The position numbers were made by a program, and so were the translations under genes. From NCBI GenBank assembly GCA_021825365.1, contig JAKAHR010000002.1, positions 121,639 through 153,638 of the forward strand: a stretch of 32,000 bases of DNA, read 5' to 3'. Positions 1 to 8,966 of this stretch are shown here, piece by piece. The stretch's first letter is position 1; each line of letters opens with the position of its first letter. The notes below the pieces were generated by a model, which saw nothing but the letters and a program-made list of their open reading frames with translations, made no database searches and had not been told where the DNA came from. Origin of the DNA: Nitrospirota bacterium. GTDB taxonomy: Bacteria > Nitrospirota > Thermodesulfovibrionia > Thermodesulfovibrionales > UBA6898.

Positions 1-335
1 TCTCGACCTCCTCCTTGAGGGAGTCGAGGTCCTGCCGGAGCTCCCTGAAGAAGAGATCCCCGCCCTCCTCTTCGAGTATGCCGACTGAATCCTCTATGTA
101 GGAAACCCGGGAATCGAGCGCCTCAAAGGGGGTGACGATCCCCTCGAGACGGGACTTCTCCTTCATCAGCTCCCGGGTCTTTTCCTGGGACGACCAGATC
201 TCTTCTCTGGTAAGATCGGCTGTTATCCTGGCTATCGCGTCTTTCTTGCTGAGGACATCAAAGATAACCTCGTAATGCCTCGGTCTTTGCCCTCAACGCT
301 GCCAGTTCTTCCTTAAGCTCCGACTGTTCAACCAT
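1..335 (-). CDS. prfB: Peptide chain release factor 2, N-terminal part (gene runs off the left edge), with programmed +1 frameshift
   Basis: Absent from the ORF track because it is split and truncated. Reverse complement from ATG 335-333 reads MVEQSELKEELAALRAKTEALRGYL, then in-frame TGA (260-258). Shifting +1 continues DVLSKKDAIARITADLTREEIWSSQEKTRELMKEKSRLEGIV...DSLKEEVE to position 1. This is collinear with the RF2 N-terminus (..LRGYL/D..). A GGAGG SD lies in the last codons of lnt. Confidence 0.9.
258..263 (-). promoter_or_regulatory. prfB: prfB autoregulatory +1 frameshift site (CUU UGA)
   Basis: The minus-strand sequence CGAGGU UAU CUU UGA U mirrors the E. coli site AGGGGG UAU CUU UGA C, with an SD-like GAGG at the same distance. 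The protein only continues in the +1 frame. Confidence 0.85.
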
Positions 336-339
336 TTCA

Positions 340-1887
340 TTACCTCCAGAGTCTGATGTTAATCAATAACAGTATCGATATCACGATGCAGAAATACGAG
401 AACAGGTCCCCGTACTTCGTGTAAAAGGTCAGGGTCTTGTCGGTCTTTATCGTATCCGTCAGCACCTGTCTCGTGAAAAGCGGGGTGGTCGACAATATCC
501 TGCCGTTGCTGTCGATGAAACCCGACACCCCCGTATTGGCGGACCGGATAACCGGCTTTCTGTTTTCAACCGCCCTGAAGACAGCCATGCTGAAATGCTG
601 GTACGGCCCCGCCGTCCTTCCGAACCAGGCATCGTTCGTAATCGTCACCATGAAATCCCCGCCCTTTGTATAGAACTTCCGCACCATGCCCGGAAAGATG
701 ATCTCATAGCAGACCAGGGTCCCGAAGCTGCCGAAATCGGTCCCTGCCCGCAGGTACGACTCCCCTGCAACATAATCACCGATGCCCGCAGCGATCTTGT
801 CTACGAAAAAGAGGACACTCCTGAGGGGGACGTACTCGCCAAAGGGTACCAGATGTATTTTATCATAGATATAAATGGATTTTCCTGAGGGGTCGAGGAG
901 TATCGCGCTGTTGGTCAGAAGGGTCTTCTCCTTTGTGCGCTCCTGCACCCGGACGCTTCCGAAGAGGAGGTAGGCCCCGAGCCCTTTCTGGAACTGGATA
1001 AGCTCCTCGCTGAGCATGCCGTCGTACCCAAACATGAAAGGGACGGACGTCTCCGGCCAGACGATGAACTGGGGAGTCTGAAGGGCAGCCTCCTTCGAGA
1101 GGCCGAAGTAGGTACTGAGCACCTCGTTCTGAAAGGCCGGTTCCCACTTCTTGTCCTGTTCGATATTGCCCTGGACGACGCTCGCCCTGACCGGCGCTCC
1201 CGGCCTGTTCTGCCCGAGCCGCAGGGCTCCGTATCCGAGGCTGATGAGCAGGGCCGCCGCAACAACGGCTATGCCTGCTATGGAATACGACGCCGGAAAC
1301 AGGGGCATCACCTTCGTGCGTTTCTTCAGGAGAAAGACATCGACTATCGCGCTGTTGAAGGCGATGACAAGAAAGGATATGCCGTAGATCCCGGTGATGT
1401 CCGCGACCTGTATCATCGGCAGGAACCGGTATTGGGTATATCCGATGCTCGCCCAGGGAAAGCCGGTAAAGGCATACGAACGAAGATATTCCAGCACCAC
1501 CCAGAATACAGGGGCAATGAGAGAGGCGGGGAGCTTCGTCCTGTTGATGAGGACCGTAACCAGGTACGAAAATATCGCCGGATAGATGCTGAGGTATCCG
1601 CACAGAAGAAACACGAGGGCGATGCTCGAAAGAAAAGAGACGCCGCCGAAATGGTTGATGGAATGGTATATCCAGTACAGGGTGCCGAAGAAATAGACCA
1701 TCCCGAAGGCATACCCGGTGACAAAGGCCCTGTCAGGCTTCTTGTCCCAGAAGGAGAGGAGCAGCGGCACGAAGCCGACCCATGCCAGGGATGAGACATC
1801 CGGCTTGGGAAAGGCGAGCACGACCAGGATCCCGGAGAGGATCGCCGGATAGAATTCGCTCAGCTTTTTCATGAATGAATCACTCAT
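340..1887 (-). CDS. lnt: Apolipoprotein N-acyltransferase
   Basis: 515-aa ORF. The N-terminus is multi-pass hydrophobic, followed by a CN-hydrolase domain with VWPETS (Glu), YDKIHLVPFGEY (Lys) and LVCYEIIFP (Cys) catalytic-triad contexts. Its stop lies 4 nt before the prfB ATG. Confidence 0.9.
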   Translation of the reverse strand: MSDSFMKKLSEFYPAILSGILVVLAFPKPDVSSLAWVGFVPLLLSFWDKKPDRAFVTGYAFGMVYFFGTLYWIYHSINHFGGVSFLSSIALVFLLCGYLSIYPAIFSYLVTVLINRTKLPASLIAPVFWVVLEYLRSYAFTGFPWASIGYTQYRFLPMIQVADITGIYGISFLVIAFNSAIVDVFLLKKRTKVMPLFPASYSIAGIAVVAAALLISLGYGALRLGQNRPGAPVRASVVQGNIEQDKKWEPAFQNEVLSTYFGLSKEAALQTPQFIVWPETSVPFMFGYDGMLSEELIQFQKGLGAYLLFGSVRVQERTKEKTLLTNSAILLDPSGKSIYIYDKIHLVPFGEYVPLRSVLFFVDKIAAGIGDYVAGESYLRAGTDFGSFGTLVCYEIIFPGMVRKFYTKGGDFMVTITNDAWFGRTAGPYQHFSMAVFRAVENRKPVIRSANTGVSGFIDSNGRILSTTPLFTRQVLTDTIKTDKTLTFYTKYGDLFSYFCIVISILLLINIRLWR

Positions 1888-1992
1888 CGGATAATCCTGA
1901 TGTCAGGGGGCGTGGCGCTGCGGAGCCGCTCAGGATATGAATCTTTTTATGCACGTCCGCCCTCCCTTCATCATATGTATGCGCCTGTCAGG

Positions 1993-2022
1993 TTGACATT
2001 CAAAAAAGCTAATAGGTATATT
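1993..2022 (+). promoter_or_regulatory. Sigma-70-type promoter for tRNA-Phe
   Basis: TTGACA (1993-1998), 18-nt spacer, TATATT (2017-2022). It ends about 20 nt upstream of the mature tRNA 5' end. Confidence 0.5.
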
Positions 2023-2042
2023 TAGTAACCGCACACACACAT

Positions 2043-2118
2043 GGGCAGTTAGCTCAGTCGGTAGAGCAGAGGCCTGAAAAGCCTCGTGTCCGCAGTTCGA
2101 TTCTGCGACTGCCCACCA
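2043..2118 (+). tRNA. tRNA-Phe (anticodon GAA), CCA encoded
   Basis: 76-nt cloverleaf folded by hand. Acceptor GGGCAGT/ACTGCCC; D arm GCTC-AGTCGGTA-GAGC; anticodon stem GAGGC/GCCTC with loop CTGAAAA; T arm CGCAG-TTCGATT-CTGCG; 3' ACCA. Confidence 0.95.
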
Positions 2119-2146
2119 TGATTTTATTCGCCAGCCTGATTTTGAG

Positions 2147-3172
2147 TCAAGGGAAAACAGTGATTTTACCGGGTTTTTCCTTGTCTCCGTCGATCGAATA
2201 CCGGGTCTTGAGAAACTGACCGATGACCCGGAGGTTCGTCAGAAGGTGATCGGTAATGCAGGAGGTGGTGAATACGGACGACCCCTCAGCCAGACAGAGG
2301 TACAGGACGATCTGGTCTGCAAGGTGCTGGTCAAGACAGGCGTTTGACTGATAATAACCCAGCAGGGCCCGTGCAGCCTCCTCTCCCACCGCCTCTGCCC
2401 TCTTGCCCCGCTCGCCGAGGGCTGAAAAACCGGCGACGCACTGCGGGGTCTCTGCCTTGAGAAAGACAAAGGTCCCCTGGCAGCATGAGGGGACCCCGGC
2501 CGTCTTTATCGCCTTTGAAACAGGTAATTGGCTGAGAACAGCTTCAGCAGCCGCTTTTTGACGGTCAGCGACAGACAGGGGTAGATTGGCTACCGCCGAT
2601 ATGCCTGAAACCGCGATGCCTTCACCCCGGTCAATCAGGTTTAGGCCCCTGATCCCCTTAGGGGGATGGATCAGGACGCTGATCTCCCCGCCCCCCCTCG
2701 GATAGAATCCGTGTTGCCCGATCGTCACGTCGATTTGGATGCCGATCGACCGGAGCAAGGGGATAAAGACCTCCTTGATGAAATGATACGGCGGACTGAA
2801 CGGAACGTGGGTCCCTCCCTTGAGGGAGATACGTGAGGGTTCGTTTGCAAAGACGAGTGCAGGGAGTATCGCCTGGAGAAGCAGGGTGGTCGAGCCGGCT
2901 GTCCCGATATCAAAGGAATAATCCCCCGGCCTCGTCCCTTTCGGCTCAAAGACGAGCTCGGTCGATCCGGCGCTGTCGCCCTGCACTATCGCATCGGATA
3001 TCCGCATCAGTGCATGGACGCTGGCGAGGTGTTGCGGCATGAGCCCCGGCTTCCTGCGGCCTTTCCGGATGTTGAACATCCTGAAGGGCATCTGGAGAAG
3101 ACAGGAGAGGCTGAGGGCTGTTCGCAGTATCTGCCCCCCGCCTTCACCATAGCTGCCGTCGATCTCTGGCAT
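2147..3172 (-). CDS. rtcA: RNA 3'-terminal phosphate cyclase
   Basis: 341-aa ORF starting MPEIDGSYGEGGGQILRTALSLS, the RtcA signature N-terminus. The C-terminal LDQHLADQ motif contains the adenylylated His context. Confidence 0.85.
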   Translation of the reverse strand: MPEIDGSYGEGGGQILRTALSLSCLLQMPFRMFNIRKGRRKPGLMPQHLASVHALMRISDAIVQGDSAGSTELVFEPKGTRPGDYSFDIGTAGSTTLLLQAILPALVFANEPSRISLKGGTHVPFSPPYHFIKEVFIPLLRSIGIQIDVTIGQHGFYPRGGGEISVLIHPPKGIRGLNLIDRGEGIAVSGISAVANLPLSVADRQKAAAEAVLSQLPVSKAIKTAGVPSCCQGTFVFLKAETPQCVAGFSALGERGKRAEAVGEEAARALLGYYQSNACLDQHLADQIVLYLCLAEGSSVFTTSCITDHLLTNLRVIGQFLKTRYSIDGDKEKPGKITVFP

Positions 3173-3311
3173 AGTACCATTATAGCGGCAACGACGCTGT
3201 GTGGCAGCCGGGAACCACAGGGTCAGCCTTCGGGTTTTTTTTGGCGCGGGTACTGGCTACCTGTGATGGATCAGATAATCTATCCTGCCTGCGCTCGTGT
3301 GATAGTGGAGC

Positions 3312-4052
3312 CTATTTCTTCCCGCAGACAGGGCAGGCAGGGTCCTTGAACCCCTTGAAGGTCTTGAAGCTCATGTCATGGCCTGACCATACGAGAAGCT
3401 TTCCCTTCAGGAGGGTCCCGATGCCGGTGAGGAACTTGAGCGCCTCCATCGCCTGGAGGGTCCCGATGACACCCGGCGTTGCGCCCAGGACGGGAAAGAC
3501 CTCCTTGGGCGGGGATTCAGGGAAATAACAGCTCAGGCAGGGCGTCTCGGGAGATTTGATAAAGGTAAGCCTTCCGTCAAGCCCCCAGATGCTGCCGTGG
3601 ACCATCGGGATATTCTTCCTGATCGCGCATTCGTTGAGGAGATATCGGGTCGGGAAGTTATCCATGCAATCGAGGATGAGCACAGCATCGCCGACCAGCG
3701 CGTCGACGTTTTCAGCGACGATCTTATCGGTGAATGCGGTTACGGAGATGTGAGGGTTGAGTTCCTCAAGGGTCTGCTTTGCGGAGATGGCCTTGTTGAT
3801 CCCGATCCTTCCGTGGTTATGGAGTATCTGGCGGTTGAGGTTCGACCAGTCGGGAGAATCGAAATCGCATATCCGGATATTGCCGACCCCGGCGACCGCA
3901 AGGTAGATCGAGACCGGTGAACCGAGACCGCCTGCGCCTGCGATGAAGACCGTGGACTGCTTCAGTCTTGCCTGGGTCTCTTCACCCCAGCCCTCCATCA
4001 TCATCTGCCGGTTATACCGCTTGAGTTCTTCCTCAGTGAATTTCATGGACAC
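3312..4052 (-). CDS. ThiF/MoeB/HesA-family E1-like adenylyltransferase (MoeB-like)
   Basis: 246 aa. Features: RYNRQ motif, nucleotide-binding GAGGLGS loop, DxD..NLNRQ, and two CxxC pairs (CLSC, CPVC) typical of the zinc site of MoeB/ThiF. It lies beside a Mo-enzyme cluster, so MoeB is the more likely role. Confidence 0.75.
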   Translation of the reverse strand: MSMKFTEEELKRYNRQMMMEGWGEETQARLKQSTVFIAGAGGLGSPVSIYLAVAGVGNIRICDFDSPDWSNLNRQILHNHGRIGINKAISAKQTLEELNPHISVTAFTDKIVAENVDALVGDAVLILDCMDNFPTRYLLNECAIRKNIPMVHGSIWGLDGRLTFIKSPETPCLSCYFPESPPKEVFPVLGATPGVIGTLQAMEALKFLTGIGTLLKGKLLVWSGHDMSFKTFKGFKDPACPVCGKK

Positions 4053-4216
4053 CTCGCGTTAAGACGTAACCCAGTATATCAAAAGGGCCTCTTGTCCTTC
4101 AAGAACAGCCCATGCCGTGATTGACAGGGAGACATATCCATAGTAGCCTTTTTTTACGGGGGCTTTCGCAGGAGCAAACAGCACAACAGGTTCATCTTCC
4201 CGCAGCAAAGGAGGCA

Positions 4217-4693
4217 ATGATGATTCATATCGAAGTCAACGGAAAGAGACATGATCTCGATGTCAGCCCTGATATGCCGCTCCTCTGGGTGATCAGGGAT
4301 TATCTGAAACTCTCCGGCACCAAGTTCGGCTGCGGCATGGCACAGTGCGGGGCCTGTACGGTCCATGTCGACGGCGAGCCGACCCGCTCGTGTGTTACGC
4401 CGGTGTCGTCCGTTTCCGGCAAGAAGATAACAACGATCGAAGGCCTCGATGCGTCAGGGGCCGGACGCGCCGTGCAGGAGGCCTGGACAGCGGAGGATGT
4501 GCCCCAATGCGGCTATTGCCAGTCAGGACAGGTCATGCAGGCCGCAGCCCTTCTGGCTCAGAATCCACAGCCGACGGATGCTGATATCGACGCATCCCTG
4601 TCGGGAAACCTCTGCCGCTGCGGGACGTATCAGCGCATTCGAAAGGCGGTCCATCGCGCAGCCGGGATGATGGCGAAAGGGGGTAAGCGATGA
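4217..4693 (+). CDS. (2Fe-2S)-binding small subunit of a molybdenum hydroxylase (IorA/aldehyde oxidoreductase small-subunit type)
   Basis: Start chosen at ATG 4217, preceded by AAGGAGG (4208-4214). [10 protein letters not shown]..., [11 protein letters not shown] and CGYCQSG...CRCGTY are the two 2Fe-2S cluster motifs. An ATGA overlap links it to the next gene. Confidence 0.85.
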   Translation: MMIHIEVNGKRHDLDVSPDMPLLWVIRDYLKLSGTKFGCGMAQCGACTVHVDGEPTRSCVTPVSSVSGKKITTIEGLDASGAGRAVQEAWTAEDVPQCGYCQSGQVMQAAALLAQNPQPTDADIDASLSGNLCRCGTYQRIRKAVHRAAGMMAKGGKR

Positions 4694-6849
4694 AGGGGAT
4701 TATAAACATAAGCCGCCGTGATTTTCTCAAGACCGGCGCAGCGATCAGCGGGGGACTGATCCTCGGCCTTCACCTGAATCTGCCGGAATCCCTCGCTGCC
4801 GGGCAGCAGGCAGCCGCTCTTGTTCCAAACGCCTTTGTCCGCATCGGCACTGACGACATGGTGACGATTATCGTAAATCATTCCGAGATGGGGCAGGGAG
4901 TCTACACGTCGCTCCCCATGCTCGTTGCCGAGGAACTCGAGGCTGACTGGAAGAAGATAAGGGTCGAGGCCGCCCCTGTTGATCCTGTATACAACCACAC
5001 CGCCTTTGGCATGCAGATGACCGGCGGCAGCACGAGTGTCTGGAGCGAGTACGATCGGTTGCGCAAGGTCGGCGCAGCCGCCCGCGAGATGCTGATCGCA
5101 GCTGCAGCAGAGACATGGAAGGTGAACCGGAAAGGCTGCAGGGCTGAAAAAGGGGTCGTCATTCATAAGAGCGGCAAGAGGCTTCGGTACGGCCAACTCG
5201 CAGAAAAGGCAGCGGCGATGCCGGTCCCGTCAGATATTAAACTCAAGGACCCGCAGAAATACAGGATCGTCGGCAGGCCGACCCTCCGAATCGATTCCCG
5301 CGAAAAGGTGAACGGGAAGGCGATCTTCGGGCTGGACGCATCAGTCTCCGGAATGCTGACTGCGGTCGTTGCGCATCCTCCGGTATTCGGCGGGAAGGTC
5401 AAAAGCCTTCATGCTGAAAAGGCGAGGGCAGTCGCCGGGGTCAAGGATATTGTCCAGGTGCCCTCAGGCGTTGCGGTACTCGCAACAGGCTTCTGGCCTG
5501 CGCTGACTGGTCGTGATGCCCTCGAGATCGTCTGGGATGAAGGTCCGAATGCGAAGCTGTCAACCTCCGGTTTGCGCGAGCAATACGCAGCCCTGGCCAT
5601 GACACCGGGCGCGGTCGCCAGAAAGGAGGGCTCCGTTGATACGGCCCTTGCAAAGGCGGCGAAACGACTCCGTGTTGAGTACGAAGTCCCCTACCTTGCG
5701 CATGCGACCATGGAGCCCCTGAACTGCACCGTTGACCTGAGGCCTGACTCCTGCGAAATCTGGGTTGGAACGCAGTTTCAGACCGTTGACCGCAATGCAG
5801 CCGCGGCGATCTCGGGACTCAAACCTGAGCAGGTCAGGATACACACCCTGTTCCTGGGCGGGGGGTTCGGCAGGCGCGCCAATCCTGCCTCTGATTTTGT
5901 AAGCGAGGCGGTGCACGTCGCCAAGGCGGCGAAGGCCCCGGTGAAGGTGATCTGGACGCGGGAGAATGATATGAGAGGAGGCTACTACAGGCCTCTATGG
6001 TACGACCGCATCGAGGCCGGCCTGGATGAGAAGGGCGGACCCGTTGTCTGGAAACACACCATTGTCGGTCAGTCGATCGTCGCCGGAACGCCGTTTGAAA
6101 AGGCCCTTGCGAAAAACGGCATTGACAACACATCCGTAGAGGGCGCGGCCGACCTGCCGTATGCGATACCGAATATCCTTGTGGACCTGCATAGTCCTTC
6201 TGTCGGCGTCCCGGTATTATGGTGGCGGTCTGTCGGCCACTCGCATACGGCGTTTGTCGTCGAGAGCCTTATCGACGAGCTCGCCCACGAGGCCAAAAAG
6301 GACCCGTACGAGTTTCGCCGTGGCCTCCTGGCCAAACATTCTCGCCATCTCGGCGTGCTAAAGCTCGCAGCCGGGAAGGCGGGCTGGGGTACCCCGATGC
6401 CTGAGGGACGGGCCAGGGGCATCGCGGTGCATGAGTCCTTCGGCAGCTACGTCGCGGAGGTTGCCGAGGTATCGGTCAGCCCTGCAGGGGAGGTGCGAGT
6501 CCACAGGGTTGTGTGCGCCGTTGACTGCGGAGAGTTTGTCAACCCTGCTACGATAAGGGCGCAGATGGAATCCGCTGTCTCCTTCGGCCTTTCCGCTGTG
6601 CTGCACAGTGAGATCACCCTCGAAGGCGGACGGGTACGGCAGAGCAACTTTCATGACTATAAAGTTCTTCGGCTAAACGAGATGCCGGAGGTGGAAGTCC
6701 ACATCGTGCATAACAGTGAGAAACCGGGTGGCATCGGCGAGCCGGGCGTGCCGCCCATCGCTCCGGCTGTCTGCAATGCGATCTTCCTGCTGACCGGCAA
6801 ACGGGTCCGCAGGCTGCCTGTCAGGCCTGAAGACCTGAGGCATGCATAA
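4690..6849 (+). CDS. Molybdopterin-binding large subunit of an IorB/xanthine-dehydrogenase-family oxidoreductase, Tat signal
   Basis: 719 aa. The twin-arginine motif [15 protein letters not shown] sits at the N-terminus. Further motifs are [10 protein letters not shown] and GGGFGRR, typical of the aldehyde oxidase/XDH Mo-binding domain. There is no separate FAD subunit (two-subunit IorAB architecture). Confidence 0.85.
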   Translation: MKGIINISRRDFLKTGAAISGGLILGLHLNLPESLAAGQQAAALVPNAFVRIGTDDMVTIIVNHSEMGQGVYTSLPMLVAEELEADWKKIRVEAAPVDPVYNHTAFGMQMTGGSTSVWSEYDRLRKVGAAAREMLIAAAAETWKVNRKGCRAEKGVVIHKSGKRLRYGQLAEKAAAMPVPSDIKLKDPQKYRIVGRPTLRIDSREKVNGKAIFGLDASVSGMLTAVVAHPPVFGGKVKSLHAEKARAVAGVKDIVQVPSGVAVLATGFWPALTGRDALEIVWDEGPNAKLSTSGLREQYAALAMTPGAVARKEGSVDTALAKAAKRLRVEYEVPYLAHATMEPLNCTVDLRPDSCEIWVGTQFQTVDRNAAAAISGLKPEQVRIHTLFLGGGFGRRANPASDFVSEAVHVAKAAKAPVKVIWTRENDMRGGYYRPLWYDRIEAGLDEKGGPVVWKHTIVGQSIVAGTPFEKALAKNGIDNTSVEGAADLPYAIPNILVDLHSPSVGVPVLWWRSVGHSHTAFVVESLIDELAHEAKKDPYEFRRGLLAKHSRHLGVLKLAAGKAGWGTPMPEGRARGIAVHESFGSYVAEVAEVSVSPAGEVRVHRVVCAVDCGEFVNPATIRAQMESAVSFGLSAVLHSEITLEGGRVRQSNFHDYKVLRLNEMPEVEVHIVHNSEKPGGIGEPGVPPIAPAVCNAIFLLTGKRVRRLPVRPEDLRHA

Positions 6850-6880
6850 CAGCGTCTGTTAAGGAGGAAGACGGGGAGGC

Positions 6881-7726
6881 ATGGAACTGTTTGAAGAGCT
6901 GGTGAGACTCAGGAAAGACGGCAGGGCATCCTGCCTCGCGACGATCGTCCAATGCATCGGATCATCTCCTCAGAAAGAGGGGGCAAAGATGCTCGTCCGG
7001 GACGACGGTTCTGTCATCGGATCCCTGGGCGGAGGCTGTCTCGAGGCGGAGGTGATCCAGCATGCGCTCATGTCGATGAAGAACGGCACCCCCCTTACCG
7101 TGCCCTTTGAACTGACAGAGAGGCATGGCGGCCTCGTCTGCGGCGGTAAGGTACTCGTGTATATAGAGCCGGTCATACCAGAGCCCCATCTGGTGATTCT
7201 CGGAGCAGGACATGTGGGCAAGGCTCTCGCCTTTGTCGCCCATTTCTCCGGGTTCAGGGTAACGGTGGTGGACGACAGGGAAGAGTATGCGAACAAAGAG
7301 AACATCCCGGATGCGGATCAGGTCATTGTCCATGATTTCGGGTCCGTCTTTGAGAGGGTGCCGGCTGATCAGACATCCTACATTGTTATCGCAACCCGCG
7401 GACACAACCACGACCTGGACGCGCTGAGGGCTGCGCTTCGCACCAGGGCGCGGTACCTCGGGCTGCTGGGCAGCAGGAGAAAACGCGCGCTCCTTTTCAA
7501 GACCCTCGCCGAGGAGGGTTTTTCAGAGGAGGACATCCAGCGGATCATTATCCCGGTCGGCCTCGCGATCGGTTCCGTGACGCCCGATGAGATAGCGGTC
7601 AGCATCATGGCCCAAATAATTCAGAAGAGGAGGGAAAATGCCGCATCAGGTATCAGCCGTTCTTCTTGCAGCAGGATCGGCAAGGAGGATGGGACGGCTG
7701 AAGCAGCTTCTCCCCCTCGCTGCTAA
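6881..7726 (+). CDS. xdhC: XdhC/CoxI-family molybdenum cofactor insertion chaperone
   Basis: 281 aa. The N-terminal XdhC_CoxI-like region (ATIV...[15 protein letters not shown]...GSLGGGCLE) is followed by a Rossmann part ([14 protein letters not shown]). The last 89 nt overlap the next gene. Confidence 0.8.
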   Translation: MELFEELVRLRKDGRASCLATIVQCIGSSPQKEGAKMLVRDDGSVIGSLGGGCLEAEVIQHALMSMKNGTPLTVPFELTERHGGLVCGGKVLVYIEPVIPEPHLVILGAGHVGKALAFVAHFSGFRVTVVDDREEYANKENIPDADQVIVHDFGSVFERVPADQTSYIVIATRGHNHDLDALRAALRTRARYLGLLGSRRKRALLFKTLAEEGFSEEDIQRIIIPVGLAIGSVTPDEIAVSIMAQIIQKRRENAASGISRSSCSRIGKEDGTAEAASPPRC

Positions 7727-8225
7727 ACCGGCGATCGTTCTCTGTCTCGACGCGATCACCGAGGCGGGAATCACGGATATTGTTGTCGTCCTCGGTCAGC
7801 AGGCGGGCCTGATAAGGGATATCATCAATACCTCGGTCAAGACCGCACTGAACGAAGACCCCCACAGTGAGATGGCCGAGTCCGTAAGGATCGGCCTGCG
7901 CGCCATTAACGCGGACGCGGATGCTGTCGTCGTCTGCCTCGCCGACCATCCGCTGGTCTCTCCGGACACGCTGAAAGCGATGATAGCAGCGCACGCTCGG
8001 GAGCCGGGAAGGCTCATTATCCCGCGGTTCGAGGGGAAGAAGGGGCATCCCTGCCTCTTTCCCGTCGACATTCTGCGGGACATTTATACACAGGCAACCC
8101 TTCGGCAGATAGTCGAGTCGCATCCTGAGGCCCTTTTCTTTCTCGATGTCTCTGATGACGGTGTCGTCCTGGATATGGACACGGAGGCGGATTACGAAAT
8201 GATGAAGAGGAGACTCGGTGCGTGA
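7638..8225 (+). CDS. mocA: MobA-like nucleotidyltransferase, probable molybdenum cofactor cytidylyltransferase
   Basis: 195 aa. The N-terminal [21 protein letters not shown] is the MobA/MocA NTP-transferase signature. Context is XdhC plus a Mo hydroxylase. Confidence 0.75.
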   Translation: MPHQVSAVLLAAGSARRMGRLKQLLPLAAKPAIVLCLDAITEAGITDIVVVLGQQAGLIRDIINTSVKTALNEDPHSEMAESVRIGLRAINADADAVVVCLADHPLVSPDTLKAMIAAHAREPGRLIIPRFEGKKGHPCLFPVDILRDIYTQATLRQIVESHPEALFFLDVSDDGVVLDMDTEADYEMMKRRLGA

Positions 8226-8251
8226 AGCATGATGAGGATCAGGCGCAGCTG

Positions 8252-8280
8252 TTGAGAAGATTCCTTTCTTGCACTAATAT
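8252..8280 (+). promoter_or_regulatory. Sigma-70-type promoter for the 8322 ORF
   Basis: TTGAGA (8252-8257), 17-nt spacer, TAATAT (8275-8280). SD GAAAGGAG at 8305-8312 precedes ATG 8322. Confidence 0.45.
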
Positions 8281-8321
8281 AGTACGGACGCATTATGAAG
8301 CACTGAAAGGAGCTGACAGGC

Positions 8322-8909
8322 ATGAGCAGGGTGAAGAGCGCCTTGGAGAAGGCGATGGAGAAGATGGAGTCCATCGGGAGTCTCTCGACTGAGGAAAGGG
8401 AGGCGATCAGGGACAGCGATAATCTTAGGATTTTGCTCGCCTCGTTTTACAAGGGCGAGCTTTCGAAGGATGCCTTATGGGAGAAGATGAAAGATTTCAG
8501 GCCCACGCTTCTGAAGGAGGCACAGATGGGCATGGTCAACTCCCTGAGACTCGCCAGCCTGCCGGAGGAATTTCACCTGCGCTGCGACGGAATCCTTGCG
8601 ATAGAATCCCTGAAGAAGACCCCTCGTATCTCCGCCCTCGAGAATGTTTTGGCCTCAATCGGGAAGGTGCAGAAGGAATACCAGGAAATCAAAGAAGGGG
8701 CGATCGCGGAGCTTCGGCAGGCGATTGAGACGAACCCGCAGATGCGCATGCGCCATATGAAGGCAGCGGACGGCAGGACATACCCCATGGCGATGACGGT
8801 GGAGGAGGCGATCCAGACGAGGATGGCCGAATTCCTGCCTGAACATGAAAAGAGATATGAGACACTGTTTACGAGGACTCTCGAGAAGCTCCTTGCAGAG
8901 CTTCGGTAA
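8322..8909 (+). CDS. Hypothetical protein, predicted all-helical, no recognisable family
   Basis: 195-aa ORF with its own promoter-like element and a good SD. Charged, helix-rich composition (E/K/L/A). No motif I can assign. Confidence 0.6.
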   Translation: MSRVKSALEKAMEKMESIGSLSTEEREAIRDSDNLRILLASFYKGELSKDALWEKMKDFRPTLLKEAQMGMVNSLRLASLPEEFHLRCDGILAIESLKKTPRISALENVLASIGKVQKEYQEIKEGAIAELRQAIETNPQMRMRHMKAADGRTYPMAMTVEEAIQTRMAEFLPEHEKRYETLFTRTLEKLLAELR

Positions 8910-8966
8910 CGGAAGACCCGACCGCCCCTGCTGCACGGCGGCGGGGGATCAGGAATAAGCCGCTTT

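Noticed and set aside
863-1603. 246-aa ORF (and several 60-130-aa ORFs on both strands, 437-1799) inside the lnt locus
   Set aside because: They overlap the well-supported lnt frame. Their Arg/Pro/Gly/Ser-rich composition is typical of off-frame translation of GC-rich coding DNA, and they carry no motifs.
3199-3245. Plus-strand T8 tract preceded by a CC-TTCG-GG mini-hairpin in the rtcA/MoeB intergenic region (terminator-like or sRNA 3' end)
   Set aside because: The stem is only 4-5 bp. No plus-strand gene ends nearby, and both flanking genes are on the minus strand, where the element reads as an A-tract before the stem. This is not enough to call a terminator or sRNA without transcript data.
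4121-4216. TTG-initiated 32-codon N-terminal extension of the 2Fe-2S subunit
   Set aside because: A strong AAGGAGG sits just before ATG 4217, and homologous small subunits begin at the ..I.VNG.. segment. The extension region more likely holds the promoter and leader (TTGACA at 4121).
4053-4216. Possible Moco riboswitch in the leader of the Mo-enzyme operon
   Set aside because: The context is suggestive, but I cannot fold the conserved Moco-motif helices or recognise its conserved nucleotides by eye. It needs a covariance-model scan (Rfam Moco RNA motif) before any claim.
8910-8966. GC-rich hairpin (CCGCC...GGCGG) between the convergent 8322 ORF and the GGDEF gene as a bidirectional terminator
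   Set aside because: The stem is short and imperfect, and no T- or A-tracts flank it. Too weak to annotate.
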